From an uncultured Acidobacteriaceae bacterium (GTDB lineage: Bacteria; Acidobacteriota; Terriglobia; Terriglobales; Acidobacteriaceae), in the NCBI GenBank assembly GCA_964236655.1, contig CAXSFX010000002.1, positions 3,809-67,808 of the forward strand: a stretch of DNA of 64,000 nt. The letters are read 5' to 3'. Below the pieces are notes generated by a model. The model had not been told where the DNA came from. It did no database searches and saw only the letters and a program-made list of their open reading frames with translations. Positions 1-9,753 of this stretch are shown here, piece by piece. Made by a program: the position numbers and the translations under genes. The number at the start of each line of letters is the position of its first letter. The first letter of the stretch is position 1.

Positions 1-29
1 TCTGCCGTTAACTTCTTGGCATCGTACCG

Positions 30-3000
30 GTGTGCATGGTTATCTCGGCTCAAAGCTCGAATAGGAGCTGGAGCCATGCACTCGCGTCCCGCATAGCTTG
101 GGGGAGCTACTTCTCTGCCGGGAGCAAACCCTTGAACCATGTCTCTAATAAGCAAGACAAGCACGTTAAACGCACGCACAACATTCCACGCTTCTTTGTA
201 GAGCATCATGCTATTGCCTGGCTCTTGATAGTGCTTGTTGTCGCTTGCGGCATATTTGCCTACATTCTCACACCCAAGCTGAAAGATCCGAAAACCTCCG
301 CGCGAGAAGCCATGGTTATTGTGGAGTGGCCCGGTGCCAGTGCAACACAAGTGGAGGCGTTGCTCACCAAGCGGATTGAGGGCGTAGTCGCACAGAATGC
401 CATGGTCAGCGAGATACGCTCCGCATCCCGCCCCGGGGAAGCGATTGTCAACCTGGTGCTCGATGAATTCCACGTCAAGGACACCGCAAAAGAGTTCGAC
501 GATATCGGTGTCAAGCTGGCGCAGGTTGGGGACCTGCCGGAAGGCGTCGGCCCCATACAGTACTTCAACGATTATGGAGACACGGCCACGCTGATGCTTA
601 CCGTCGCCGGCCCGCCCGTCTCCGACGCGGAGATCAACCGCCGTGCCCAGCAGGTGCTGCCGGCCATTGAAGCTGCCCGGCAGAGCGCGGGCAACCCGAA
701 GGATGCCGTATCAATCGTCTTCTGCTTTCCCCCTGCCCTTGACGCAACCGATCTTACGGATAGTGTCGAGCAGCTCTCCGGTGACCTGCTCAGCAAGAAA
801 CTGCTCCTGTCGGCTCATGTGCTGCCTGCATCGGGAGCCGTTGTACTCGATGGTATTTCCGGCAGCAATGACAAGGAGCTCAGCGCGGCAATCACAGAGT
901 TTTCAATCCGCCGGGTCGGTGCCGGTGAGTTACATCCTGACATCTGGCCCCCTGTAGTAATCCATGATCCAGGCGAACTTGCATCCCGGCTTCGCAAACT
1001 CGGCCCCGGCAAGTACACCTTCCACGAACTTGATGGATTCACTGACACCATCGCTCGCAGTTTGCAGAAGGTCCAGGAAGTTACCAAGGTTGACCGTACA
1101 GAGGTAGTAGGGCAACAGGTGAACCTCACCTTTAATGAAGGTCGCCTCGCATCGGCCCACCTGAATCCGTTTGCCCTGCCAGTGCTGCTTCACGACCGCA
1201 ACGTGGTCATCGCTGGGGGAGAAATGCTTGCCGGCAGCCGCATTGAGGTCACTCCGCATGGTCCCCTGCACAGCATCGGCGATCTCGAAATGCTCCCGCT
1301 ACCTCCGCCCGGCAAGGGTCATCTGAAAGACGTGGTAAGCGTCGATAAGGGCTACCAGACACCGCCCACGTTTCTAAACTTCCTCACCTACCGCGATCCC
1401 TCCGGCCAATGGCAGCGTGGCCGTGCCGTCACGATCACCGCCGACATGCGGCAGGGCGGCCAGATTGCAGACTTCGCAAAGGCGGTCAGCGCTGATCTTG
1501 AGGACGTTGAAAAACTGGTTCCGCGTGACCTGGTCATCAAACGCACCTCCGATCAGCCCCGGCAGGTGCAGGAGAATGTAAGCCTGTTCACAAATTCGCT
1601 TTGGGAGGCCGTCGGCCTGGTTGTGCTGGTCTCGCTGATCGGCTTCTGGAACTGGCGCTCCGCGGCCCTCATGGCCGCATCCATCCCCATCACCCTGGCC
1701 CTGACGATGGTCTTCATGGCAGCCGTAAAGATCGATCTACAGCAGGTCGCTATTGCGAGTCTCATCATTGCGCTCGGCCTGCTGATCGACGACCCGGTCG
1801 TCGCGGGCGATGCCATTCAGCGTGAACTCGCATCCGGCACGCCGAGAGGTATCGCGGCGTGGCTCGGGCCTACCAGGCTTTCTCGCGCCATCCTATTTGC
1901 CACCATCACGAATATCCTCGCTTACCTTCCGTTCCTGCTGCTCCGTGGAGATATCGGGGACTTTATCCGCTCGCTTCCAATCGTGATCACATGCTCGCTG
2001 GTTGCATCGCGCATCGTGTCCATGACCTTTGTTCCGCTGCTGGGCCAACTGCTATTGCGCCACAAGCCCGGTACCGGGGCAACGCCCATGCTGGCTGACA
2101 AGCCCCGGCAGGGGTTCGCAAGTCTCTACTTCGGCGCAGGACGCTGGACAGTGGCCCATCGCAAAGCAGTTCTCGCAGGCTCTCTTGTGTTTTTGCTTGC
2201 GGGCGGCCTTCTTGCGTCGCGCCTCAACTCGGCTTTCTTCCCCTACGACCTCCAATACCTTTCCTATGCCGATGTCTGGCTGCCCGAAGGAGCAACTTTC
2301 GCCGAGACCCGCGCAGCCGCCGCGCAAGTGGAAGACATCATCAAGAGCGTCTCTGACAGCTACGTCGCAAATCACAAGGGTGTACATCCGGGCAAGCCGG
2401 TGCTCAAGTCGCTGACAACGTTTGTGGGCGGAGGCGGCCCACGCTTCTGGGATTCAATTTCCCCTGAGCCATCTCACCCCAACTACGCGGAAGTCCTCAT
2501 TGAAACACTGGACAAGCGCGATACCAATACGCTGGTTCCCCTGGTGCAGGCTGAAGTCTCAAAGCGAGTCGCCGGGGCGCGCGTGGATGTGCGGCAGCTT
2601 GAGACAGGACCCGCGATCAGCGCGCCTGTCGCCATTCGCGTCCTGGGCCCGGATTCAGCGACCCTGCTGAAGCTGTCTGCTCAACTTCAAGGCGTTTTAA
2701 GGGCTGACCCGCTCGCCGCCCGCGTCCATGACGACTGGGGCGGAGACAGGACATCCATGAGCGTGCAGGTCGATCCTGAAAAGGCCGCCAAAGCAGGCAT
2801 TACGAACCAGGATGTAGCAAAATCATCGGCAATGGATACCGGCGGCCTTCCCGTAGGAACCCTGCTCGACGGGGACCAGAGGATTCCCATCGTGCTCCGC
2901 GAACGGCACGGGGAACGATCCTTTCTGACCGATGCTCAAAACCAATATGTTTATCGCGCGAGTGACGGCAAGCCGGTGCCTCTCGGGCAAATCGCTTCCG

Positions 3001-3746
3001 TCAGCTTCACTCCGCAAGTCGCTCTGCTACGCCATTACAACCGCACCCGGGCCATCACAGTCTCCTGCTATCCGGCAGCCGGCGCACTTGCCTCCACCGT
3101 GCTGAATCGGGCCAGACCGCAAATTGACAACATGGTCAAAACCCTTCCCGCAGGCTACTCGCTCACCATTGCAGGGGAGTACAAGGAACAGAAAAATGGT
3201 TTCGGCGACCTGGCAATTGCTCTCACGGTGTCCGTTCTTACGATCTATCTCGCGCTCATGGTGCAGTTCCGGAACATCGTCAAGCCGCTCATCGTTTTTG
3301 CCGCCATCCCTTTCGGTTGCGTAGGTGCCTTCGTCGCACTCGCCATCATGGGGGAGCCGTTCGGCTTCATGGCATTCCTGGGCGTGGCAAGCCTCATCGG
3401 AGTCATCGTGAGCCACATCATCGTCCTCTTTGATCGCATCGAGGAACAACGCGAACAAGGAGGGCCTCTGCTGGATACCCTGCTCAACGCGGGCTTGCTG
3501 CGCTCGCGCCCCGTCCTCGTGACCATCGGCGCAACCGCTCTCGCCCTGGTTCCGCTTGCCATGCATGGAGGCCCGCTATGGAAGCCGCTATGCTACGCCG
3601 AAATCGGAGGGCTGCTGCTTTCCGGCCTCGTAACCCTTCTTCTTGTGCCCACACTGTATGCATTCTTCGTACTCGATCTGAAATGGATCTCCTGGAAAAC
3701 ACAATCCGAGGCACCGGACGAGCAGGCTTCGGTCCAGCCTGCCTAA
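30..3746 (+). CDS. RND-family efflux transporter permease subunit (AcrB/AcrD/AcrF-like) with an extra periplasmic insertion; true start probably TTG ~132
   Basis: 1238-aa ORF with N-terminal TM, WPGASATQVE motif, TM4 GLLIDDPVV, second periplasmic loop, TM11 LRSRPVLVT and C-terminal LLLVPTLY; GGAG at 121-124 precedes TTG 132. Confidence 0.9.
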   Translation: MCMVISAQSSNRSWSHALASRIAWGSYFSAGSKPLNHVSNKQDKHVKRTHNIPRFFVEHHAIAWLLIVLVVACGIFAYILTPKLKDPKTSAREAMVIVEWPGASATQVEALLTKRIEGVVAQNAMVSEIRSASRPGEAIVNLVLDEFHVKDTAKEFDDIGVKLAQVGDLPEGVGPIQYFNDYGDTATLMLTVAGPPVSDAEINRRAQQVLPAIEAARQSAGNPKDAVSIVFCFPPALDATDLTDSVEQLSGDLLSKKLLLSAHVLPASGAVVLDGISGSNDKELSAAITEFSIRRVGAGELHPDIWPPVVIHDPGELASRLRKLGPGKYTFHELDGFTDTIARSLQKVQEVTKVDRTEVVGQQVNLTFNEGRLASAHLNPFALPVLLHDRNVVIAGGEMLAGSRIEVTPHGPLHSIGDLEMLPLPPPGKGHLKDVVSVDKGYQTPPTFLNFLTYRDPSGQWQRGRAVTITADMRQGGQIADFAKAVSADLEDVEKLVPRDLVIKRTSDQPRQVQENVSLFTNSLWEAVGLVVLVSLIGFWNWRSAALMAASIPITLALTMVFMAAVKIDLQQVAIASLIIALGLLIDDPVVAGDAIQRELASGTPRGIAAWLGPTRLSRAILFATITNILAYLPFLLLRGDIGDFIRSLPIVITCSLVASRIVSMTFVPLLGQLLLRHKPGTGATPMLADKPRQGFASLYFGAGRWTVAHRKAVLAGSLVFLLAGGLLASRLNSAFFPYDLQYLSYADVWLPEGATFAETRAAAAQVEDIIKSVSDSYVANHKGVHPGKPVLKSLTTFVGGGGPRFWDSISPEPSHPNYAEVLIETLDKRDTNTLVPLVQAEVSKRVAGARVDVRQLETGPAISAPVAIRVLGPDSATLLKLSAQLQGVLRADPLAARVHDDWGGDRTSMSVQVDPEKAAKAGITNQDVAKSSAMDTGGLPVGTLLDGDQRIPIVLRERHGERSFLTDAQNQYVYRASDGKPVPLGQIASVSFTPQVALLRHYNRTRAITVSCYPAAGALASTVLNRARPQIDNMVKTLPAGYSLTIAGEYKEQKNGFGDLAIALTVSVLTIYLALMVQFRNIVKPLIVFAAIPFGCVGAFVALAIMGEPFGFMAFLGVASLIGVIVSHIIVLFDRIEEQREQGGPLLDTLLNAGLLRSRPVLVTIGATALALVPLAMHGGPLWKPLCYAEIGGLLLSGLVTLLLVPTLYAFFVLDLKWISWKTQSEAPDEQASVQPA

Positions 3747-3883
3747 ACGGGTTCACAGCGGTAAATATCACCTAAAATTCGTAGGCATAAATTCGTATCC
3801 TACCGAACTGTTTACCGTATCGAGAATACCTCCAGGTTTAATTAGTAGTTTCCATACCTGGTCTAGTGCAATCGCCCGTCAGG

Positions 3884-3935
3884 TTGAGGGTGCTCCCAAC
3901 CGAGCAGTGATACATGCTGTCGGAAGCACCCTCAA
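3884..3935. terminator. Stem-loop between convergent genes
   Basis: TTGAGGGTGCT (3884-3894) is the reverse complement of AGCACCCTCAA (3925-3935); it lies just past the stop of the minus-strand gene. Confidence 0.55.
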
Positions 3936-3941
3936 GATGCC

Positions 3942-4526
3942 TCAAAAGCGGGGCGATCCCCAGCTGGGTGCAGTTCTGCTGATAACGGTGTTCTCTGCTG
4001 CATACGTGCAGGCGACAACCGTATCTCCCACCAGGTACGGCGTGATGTTGAGCGAGCCGTCCGGGTTATTCCGTGCCTCAACCAGGATGTTGAATGGTGT
4101 GACAGCACCCGTTGTATGCACCACAAAATGGCTCGCACCCTTATCCTGCGTGCACGAGTAATGCATGTCCACGGTACTTGGGTCGAGCATGGTGTATTTA
4201 CCGGTACAGCTTGTAGTTACGGGAACTACCTGCTCGGCCTGTGTCGGGGGGAACACACTGGTGCTGCTGCCGGAGTCCTCGATGCTCATACCGCCCCGGC
4301 CATCGAAGGAGAAGGTACCGGTGTCGGTAAGCTGCGCCGCAGTGACCGGGCCGCTGAGTGTCGTCCCGCAAGCGCCGCCCACCGCAGCCTGTTGGGTAAA
4401 ATTGATCGTCTCGTTGAACGGAAATGTCCCTTGGAGATCGGAGACGCGAGCAGAAGCAGGGCTCTGCGCAAGGAGGGAGACAGGTAGGGCGCAACAGGTG
4501 GCGATTAGAACAAAAAGGTTCTTCAT
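3942..4526 (-). CDS. Secreted hypothetical protein (beta-rich, 4 Cys in mature part)
   Basis: Start MKNLFVLIATCCALPVSLLAQ is a Sec signal peptide, preceded by a GGAG RBS; divergent from the TetR gene. Confidence 0.75.
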   Translation of the reverse strand: MKNLFVLIATCCALPVSLLAQSPASARVSDLQGTFPFNETINFTQQAAVGGACGTTLSGPVTAAQLTDTGTFSFDGRGGMSIEDSGSSTSVFPPTQAEQVVPVTTSCTGKYTMLDPSTVDMHYSCTQDKGASHFVVHTTGAVTPFNILVEARNNPDGSLNITPYLVGDTVVACTYAAENTVISRTAPSWGSPRF

Positions 4527-4596
4527 GGCGAACTCCGGGGATAGTAAGTCGTGTGTGAAAGTTGAAACCGTAAAACTTCGTTTATAGGAATCGATT

Positions 4597-4646
4597 GATA
4601 CCATGCGGTATCGTTCCCATTTGCATGATAGTACCATGAGGTCTCA
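4597..4646. promoter_or_regulatory. Candidate TetR operator pair
   Basis: Palindrome GATACC-atgc-GGTATC (4597-4612) and related copy GTACC-atga-GGTCTC (~4631-4645) in the divergent intergenic region. Confidence 0.55.
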
Positions 4647-4659
4647 TAAGAGGAAAGCG

Positions 4660-5406
4660 ATGGGTCGAAGAACTACAGATCAAGCATCCGGAGAGCAACA
4701 CTCTGGAGATCTCCGGCGCGTAGAGTCGGCAACCCTCGACAAAAGAGATTCAGAGCGACAGGGCCGGCCGCGACTGGAAACGAAACGGCTGCGGGAGTTG
4801 CTGGAGGTGGCGGCGGAGGTATTTATCGCGCAGGGATTTGAGAGTGCGAGCACTAACGAGATCGCGCGCCGCGCGAATGCCTCGAAAACAACGTTTTACT
4901 CGCGTTTCCCCACTAAAGAAATTCTCTTCCGTGAGGTAATCGAATATCGGATGAACGAAGTGTTCAGCAGGATCACCCCGACACTACCCCTTGAGGGTGC
5001 CATTGAAGAGACCTTGCGGGCGTTTGCGATGAGCATCTTGCAGGCAGCGTTGTCGCCGTCGCAGATCGAGCTGATCCGCATGGTGAGCATGGAGTCGAAG
5101 CGGTTTCCGGAGCTGGGGCGACGCTTTTATGAGCTTGGTGCCGGTCGGGGCAAGGCCCTGCTCGCGGAGTATCTTGAGGAACAAACGCGCCGCGGTGTTT
5201 TACGCGCAGACAATCCGCAAATCATGGCCGAGCACTTCATCAGCCTGGTCATTGGTGGCCCGGTGCATTGGTACGTGCTGGGTTTTCAGGCGACGATGCC
5301 CAAGGCAAAAGAGCGCGTTCGGCATGTAAGTGATGTCGTCACTGTCTTTTTGCGGGCGTACGGTCATCAGGAAGCACGGCAAGGGTTCGCCGCATCCTTT
5401 GCTTGA
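4660..5406 (+). CDS. TetR/AcrR-family transcriptional regulator
   Basis: HTH LLEVAAEVFIAQGFESASTNEIARRANASKTTFYSRFPTKEILF; C-terminal ESKRFPELGRRFYE; AGAGG RBS before ATG 4660. Confidence 0.92.
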   Translation: MGRRTTDQASGEQHSGDLRRVESATLDKRDSERQGRPRLETKRLRELLEVAAEVFIAQGFESASTNEIARRANASKTTFYSRFPTKEILFREVIEYRMNEVFSRITPTLPLEGAIEETLRAFAMSILQAALSPSQIELIRMVSMESKRFPELGRRFYELGAGRGKALLAEYLEEQTRRGVLRADNPQIMAEHFISLVIGGPVHWYVLGFQATMPKAKERVRHVSDVVTVFLRAYGHQEARQGFAASFA

Positions 5407-5814
5407 AACATTCTTGCGTAGAAGCGGCATAATGCCTTTTCCAGTTTCTCTGCGATGAGTCCGAATAAATCTTTGTTCAGAAATTGCGTGTCGGGCCGAA
5501 GAGCCGTTTCCAAAACGGAAGCGCCCACGATGTTAAGTCGATCCCAAGGCTTTTGTTTTTTGCAGCCGGCAGGCAGAAGACGTTGTTCACTGGGCAGCCG
5601 GGGGCGAGAACGACGCGTCCAGCACCGAGAACTCGCTGCCGTCAAAGCGCGTTAGCCCGCCGGCGGTGCCTAGCCGGCTTTGTTGCATTAACTTTACTGG
5701 TCGCAGTTCATCGATTTCATTTTGCCGCATTTTCATCAGACTGTGCGACAGCGAAGCTGTCGCACAGCTTATTTATAAAACGGATCATGCAACAAAGCCC
5801 AGGAGACTCCATCA

Positions 5815-6759
5815 ATGCCGCTGTTCACCCGCCGATCTTTCGTCCAACTTGCCTGCGCTTCCGCCGCTGCCCTCAGCCTGCCGTTCTATGAGCCTTCCTT
5901 GCATGCAGAGTCAACCCGGGTCCTGCTGCCCGCGAACGTCTGCGGCAAGTTCGGCTTCATCGACGCCGAAGGAGCCATGGCCGTGCCCGCGCGCTACGAT
6001 GCCGTGCTGCCTTTCGCGACAGATTATGCTGCCGTACACCGCGACGGCAGCTGGGGCTACATCGATCGCAGCGGCAGGGAAGTGCTCCCTCCGCAGTATG
6101 AAGAGGCCCGCAATTTTCGCTGGAACTGCAGCCCGGTGCGCGCAGGCAAAGAGTGGCGGTTTATCCGTCCGGACGGCAAAGACGCTTTTTCGGGACGCTA
6201 CGATACGGCCCGCAGCTTTCAGGACGCCCGCGCGCGCGTGGCGTTGAATGGAAAATGGGGCTACATCGACCCTGCGGGCACCATGGTCATCCAGCCGCAG
6301 TATGACGGGGCCAATGGCTACAACGAAGACACCGCCCCAGTGAAGCGCGGAGATACCTGGGGGTTTATCGACAAGCAAGGAGCCACGGTCCTGCCCTTCA
6401 AATACACCAGGGTTGCCAGCTTCAACGGCGGCGTGTGCGCCGTTGAGATGGACGGCAAGTGGGGCTTTATTCACCATGATGGTTCAGTCGCCCTGCCTGC
6501 ATTGTGGGAGAAGACGGGCGAGTTCAATGAAGGGCTGTGTCCTGTAAAGAAGGACGGGCTTTGGGGGCTTATCGATCCCGCCGGAAAGGTTGTGCTGAGT
6601 CCTCGCTACCAGGAGATGAACTCGTTCGATGACGGCCACATCCTCGTTGTCGAAAACAAACAGCCGATTTATCTCGATCACAGCTTACGCACTGTGTGGA
6701 AAGGAAAAATGGATTGCCCAGCCGGCAGCATGGACCACGTGTATAAAAGTCCTGCGTAA
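5815..6759 (+). CDS. WG-repeat protein with Tat signal peptide
   Basis: TRRSFVQ twin-arginine leader; about 7 repeats of the G(K/S)WG(Y/F)ID..G..V...Y..A..F type. Confidence 0.88.
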   Translation: MPLFTRRSFVQLACASAAALSLPFYEPSLHAESTRVLLPANVCGKFGFIDAEGAMAVPARYDAVLPFATDYAAVHRDGSWGYIDRSGREVLPPQYEEARNFRWNCSPVRAGKEWRFIRPDGKDAFSGRYDTARSFQDARARVALNGKWGYIDPAGTMVIQPQYDGANGYNEDTAPVKRGDTWGFIDKQGATVLPFKYTRVASFNGGVCAVEMDGKWGFIHHDGSVALPALWEKTGEFNEGLCPVKKDGLWGLIDPAGKVVLSPRYQEMNSFDDGHILVVENKQPIYLDHSLRTVWKGKMDCPAGSMDHVYKSPA

Positions 6760-6831
6760 AACCGGCGTACCCCCGGATATTCATAGCCGGGCATCCATGA
6801 CCATGTCCGCAGCCGAAGCAAGGCTGGTACC

Positions 6832-6863
6832 CCCGGCGAAGAACGTCATCCTTCTTCGCCGGG
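6832..6863. terminator. Hairpin between convergent genes (likely terminator)
   Basis: Perfect 12-bp stem CCCGGCGAAGAA / TTCTTCGCCGGG with an 8-nt loop. Confidence 0.65.
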
Positions 6864-6885
6864 TATGGGCTTTCCGGTATGAGCG

Positions 6886-9396
6886 TTAAGGTGTGGAAGT
6901 AAAGTTCCAGGTCAGGATCTTCTGGCTGGATGCGGCACCGCCCGTTCCACCTGTAAAACCGACATAGGCAGTGGGTCCACCGAATATCTGCGTGATGTCT
7001 CCGATCATCGATGTTGTTTGTGTCCCCCCGGTCACCGTGTCCTTGATGGTGACAGTTAACGTACTGCCGTCATAGGTTTCATGGACAGCAATCGTATCGC
7101 CGCCGGCCAAAATGATTCCTGAATTTGTAAGATCGATAGCCGGCAGGATGGGAGCAGCGCCATTGATGAAAAAGCCGGTGGAATCAGTCCCTTCTCCGGC
7201 ATTGCTGTAGACATCGAACTTGAGCGCCAGGCTCCGACCGATGCCGACGGGCCCGGTCAGCGAGTCAGAGCCGTAGCCCAGCCCCCCACCGAAGAAGCCC
7301 AAAGCCGTGGGGCTGGTGTTCTGCATCGTGAAGGTGATCCCGTCGGCAATCGGCGCATTGCCGGAAAGCTGGAACGTGTAATCCGTTGTAAAGTGTCGAA
7401 CATTGACCGGCGTGGCCCAGAAGAAGCTACCGGCTTGATACGTACCGCCGTTGGTGAGCTGCAGGCGGCTGTCATCGGCATGGATGGCACTGCCGTTGAG
7501 CTGAAGACCGGCCACGGAAGCGAAGCCGCTCGGGAAGTTGATCGTCGGTAGTGTGCCGACAGTGTACTGACCGATAGTCACCCCGCTGTTCGTTGCATTG
7601 GGCGCAACAGCCATGGCCTGCATGGTCACCGGTCCAGTCACCGGCAGCGGCGCGCTGTACAGGGCCGATGCAGTGGTAGGGATCGAGCCATCGGTAGTGT
7701 AGTAAATCGCTGCTCCAGCCTGGCTATCCGACAAGGTGACGGTCTGCGCGGATGTGTAATTTCCCGGTGCGGGGCTGAAGGTAGGCAGCGTGGTCACGAG
7801 CACCGGGCCTGTGAGGAGGCCATACACATCCACCTCATGCTGCGCACCTACAAACACGGTTCCATTGACAACCATCGGTACGGTAAACTTGACTGCGGCA
7901 CCGGCGGTGTCGCGGCTCCCCATCTGGTTGCTCTTGTACAGCAGCCTTGCGACGTTTGTGGCATCGAAGGCGTACAGTATGGCGGGGCTGCCGCTGGAAG
8001 CACCGTCAGACCGAATCGCCCAGACCACCCCATTGTTTGTGCCGTTGGATGTAATCACAGGGCTTGATCCGGGAAACGCAGCGCTATCCCCACCGATGGA
8101 AAGCGGGGTGGCGCTCAGTTGCCCGTTCACAAGCGAAAACTGCTTCATACCATCGCTCGCAGCCCACATGTAGACGCTGTTGTTCCAGTATGCCGGGGTA
8201 CTCCACAGGCCATTGGGGAGGCCGCCGACTTCCTGCACGACATTGTTCGATTGAGTGTTATTACCGCCGAGATTGTCACGGTCAAGCAGCTCGATACGAC
8301 CGTTTTTCCCAACCTGGATCAGTTCATGGGGATGGAGACCGGACTGATCGGGCAGCATAAGAATGCCGCTGGAGCCCTGATCGAGGTCCGCCTCTGAAAG
8401 AACGGACTGATCGAAGGGGCTCCACTCATCGCTTACCTGCAAGCCTCCATTGCTCAGGTCCAGCCGCTCCACGGCGTCTCCAAAGCTCTGGGCATTTGAG
8501 TACGGCGGCGTGGCATCCAGGGTGCCGTTCCCGCTGACGAAGAAGAGGCGTCCGTTACCGTTGTCGGTATCTGCGGCCAGCCCCGCCCCCGACTCCCAGA
8601 TACCGTTTTCTCCTCCGCTTGGACTGGTGTTATAGATACCCGTTTGCTGCAAAGTGGTGGCGTCATAGGCAAAAACCCAGCCGTGATAAGGTCCGTTATC
8701 CCCGTGCGATGCCATGGCGAAGTACACATGGCCGTTCAAAAGGAGCAGTCCCACACGTTCAAGCCCCAGCAACGGAACAAACGATACCTGGCCGCCCACT
8801 GAACCCGTGCCGCTGCCCGGTACTGTGCCGCTGATCGCAACCGGGCTGTTCGGCCTCTCGTTGCCGGTGGTGATGTCAAGCGCGTGCAGACGCTGCACGT
8901 AGGTGCCGTTTTCCTTGCTCTTTGCGACCACGTAAAGGGTATTGGTCGAGGGGTCAATCACAGGGGTTCCTGTAACACCGACTTCCGGCAAGATATCGCT
9001 GGTACCGACATCGGCGCTCGGTACAGACGTAGCTCCGGCTGCAGCACCATGCGCACTGTCAAGCAGGCTTGCTTTCCATAGCTGTTGATTGCCGTCAGCA
9101 TCAAATGCATAGACACTATCGTGCTCGGTAGCCACAAATACCACGTTGTGTACGCCGCCTGCCGTGTTCAAGGCTGCCATGTAAAGCGGCTGTGCATATA
9201 CATAGCCGTCCACTGCATAGGAGCGCAATTTACCGAACGTGGCTTGATTGACATTTGCCGGTGTAAGCTGCGTCTCCTGCGTGTTTTGACCCTGACGAGT
9301 CATGTCGTACCGCCACGTTGGGACGTTCATCTGGGCCAGAATGGAACCGGGCAGCAGAAAAGCAAGGGCGCACAAGGAATAGTTCTTGGAAATCAT
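6886..9396 (-). CDS. Secreted PQQ-like beta-propeller protein with chitobiase/Fn3-associated domain and C-terminal L-type (legume) lectin domain
   Basis: Signal peptide; TWRYDMTRQGQN..E..LTP and VDGYVYAQPLY propeller start; PTFSPAPGNY...IYYTTDGS.PT; ADGITF...AYVGFTGGTG lectin motifs. Confidence 0.82.
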   Translation of the reverse strand: MISKNYSLCALAFLLPGSILAQMNVPTWRYDMTRQGQNTQETQLTPANVNQATFGKLRSYAVDGYVYAQPLYMAALNTAGGVHNVVFVATEHDSVYAFDADGNQQLWKASLLDSAHGAAAGATSVPSADVGTSDILPEVGVTGTPVIDPSTNTLYVVAKSKENGTYVQRLHALDITTGNERPNSPVAISGTVPGSGTGSVGGQVSFVPLLGLERVGLLLLNGHVYFAMASHGDNGPYHGWVFAYDATTLQQTGIYNTSPSGGENGIWESGAGLAADTDNGNGRLFFVSGNGTLDATPPYSNAQSFGDAVERLDLSNGGLQVSDEWSPFDQSVLSEADLDQGSSGILMLPDQSGLHPHELIQVGKNGRIELLDRDNLGGNNTQSNNVVQEVGGLPNGLWSTPAYWNNSVYMWAASDGMKQFSLVNGQLSATPLSIGGDSAAFPGSSPVITSNGTNNGVVWAIRSDGASSGSPAILYAFDATNVARLLYKSNQMGSRDTAGAAVKFTVPMVVNGTVFVGAQHEVDVYGLLTGPVLVTTLPTFSPAPGNYTSAQTVTLSDSQAGAAIYYTTDGSIPTTASALYSAPLPVTGPVTMQAMAVAPNATNSGVTIGQYTVGTLPTINFPSGFASVAGLQLNGSAIHADDSRLQLTNGGTYQAGSFFWATPVNVRHFTTDYTFQLSGNAPIADGITFTMQNTSPTALGFFGGGLGYGSDSLTGPVGIGRSLALKFDVYSNAGEGTDSTGFFINGAAPILPAIDLTNSGIILAGGDTIAVHETYDGSTLTVTIKDTVTGGTQTTSMIGDITQIFGGPTAYVGFTGGTGGAASSQKILTWNFTSTP

Positions 9397-9753
9397 GTAC
9401 TTATAAAACTATGTCTTGAATAAGTACACAATAGTACTTCGGTCACGAAGATAAAATCGTACTACGCTCTAACTCCTTTGTGTGATGTTACTAGTGAAGG
9501 TTTCTCCACGAAGGGTCGGCTTCCGCGATGTATCTGACTTTCATAACCCTGCTGTAACTTGTAAAGTTAATGAATTACTCATCTTATGTAAAGGCAGTTC
9601 TATTTTTGTGTCTCAGTGCAGTTATGATTACGCAAGCTCATAATTCTCTAACACTGAATACACCCGGCTATGTACTCATCAAGCAGCCGGACATAAACGT
9701 TCACCGGAAGCTATCCTGCGACCGTGTCAACTTGCTCTCATTATTCACAAAGC

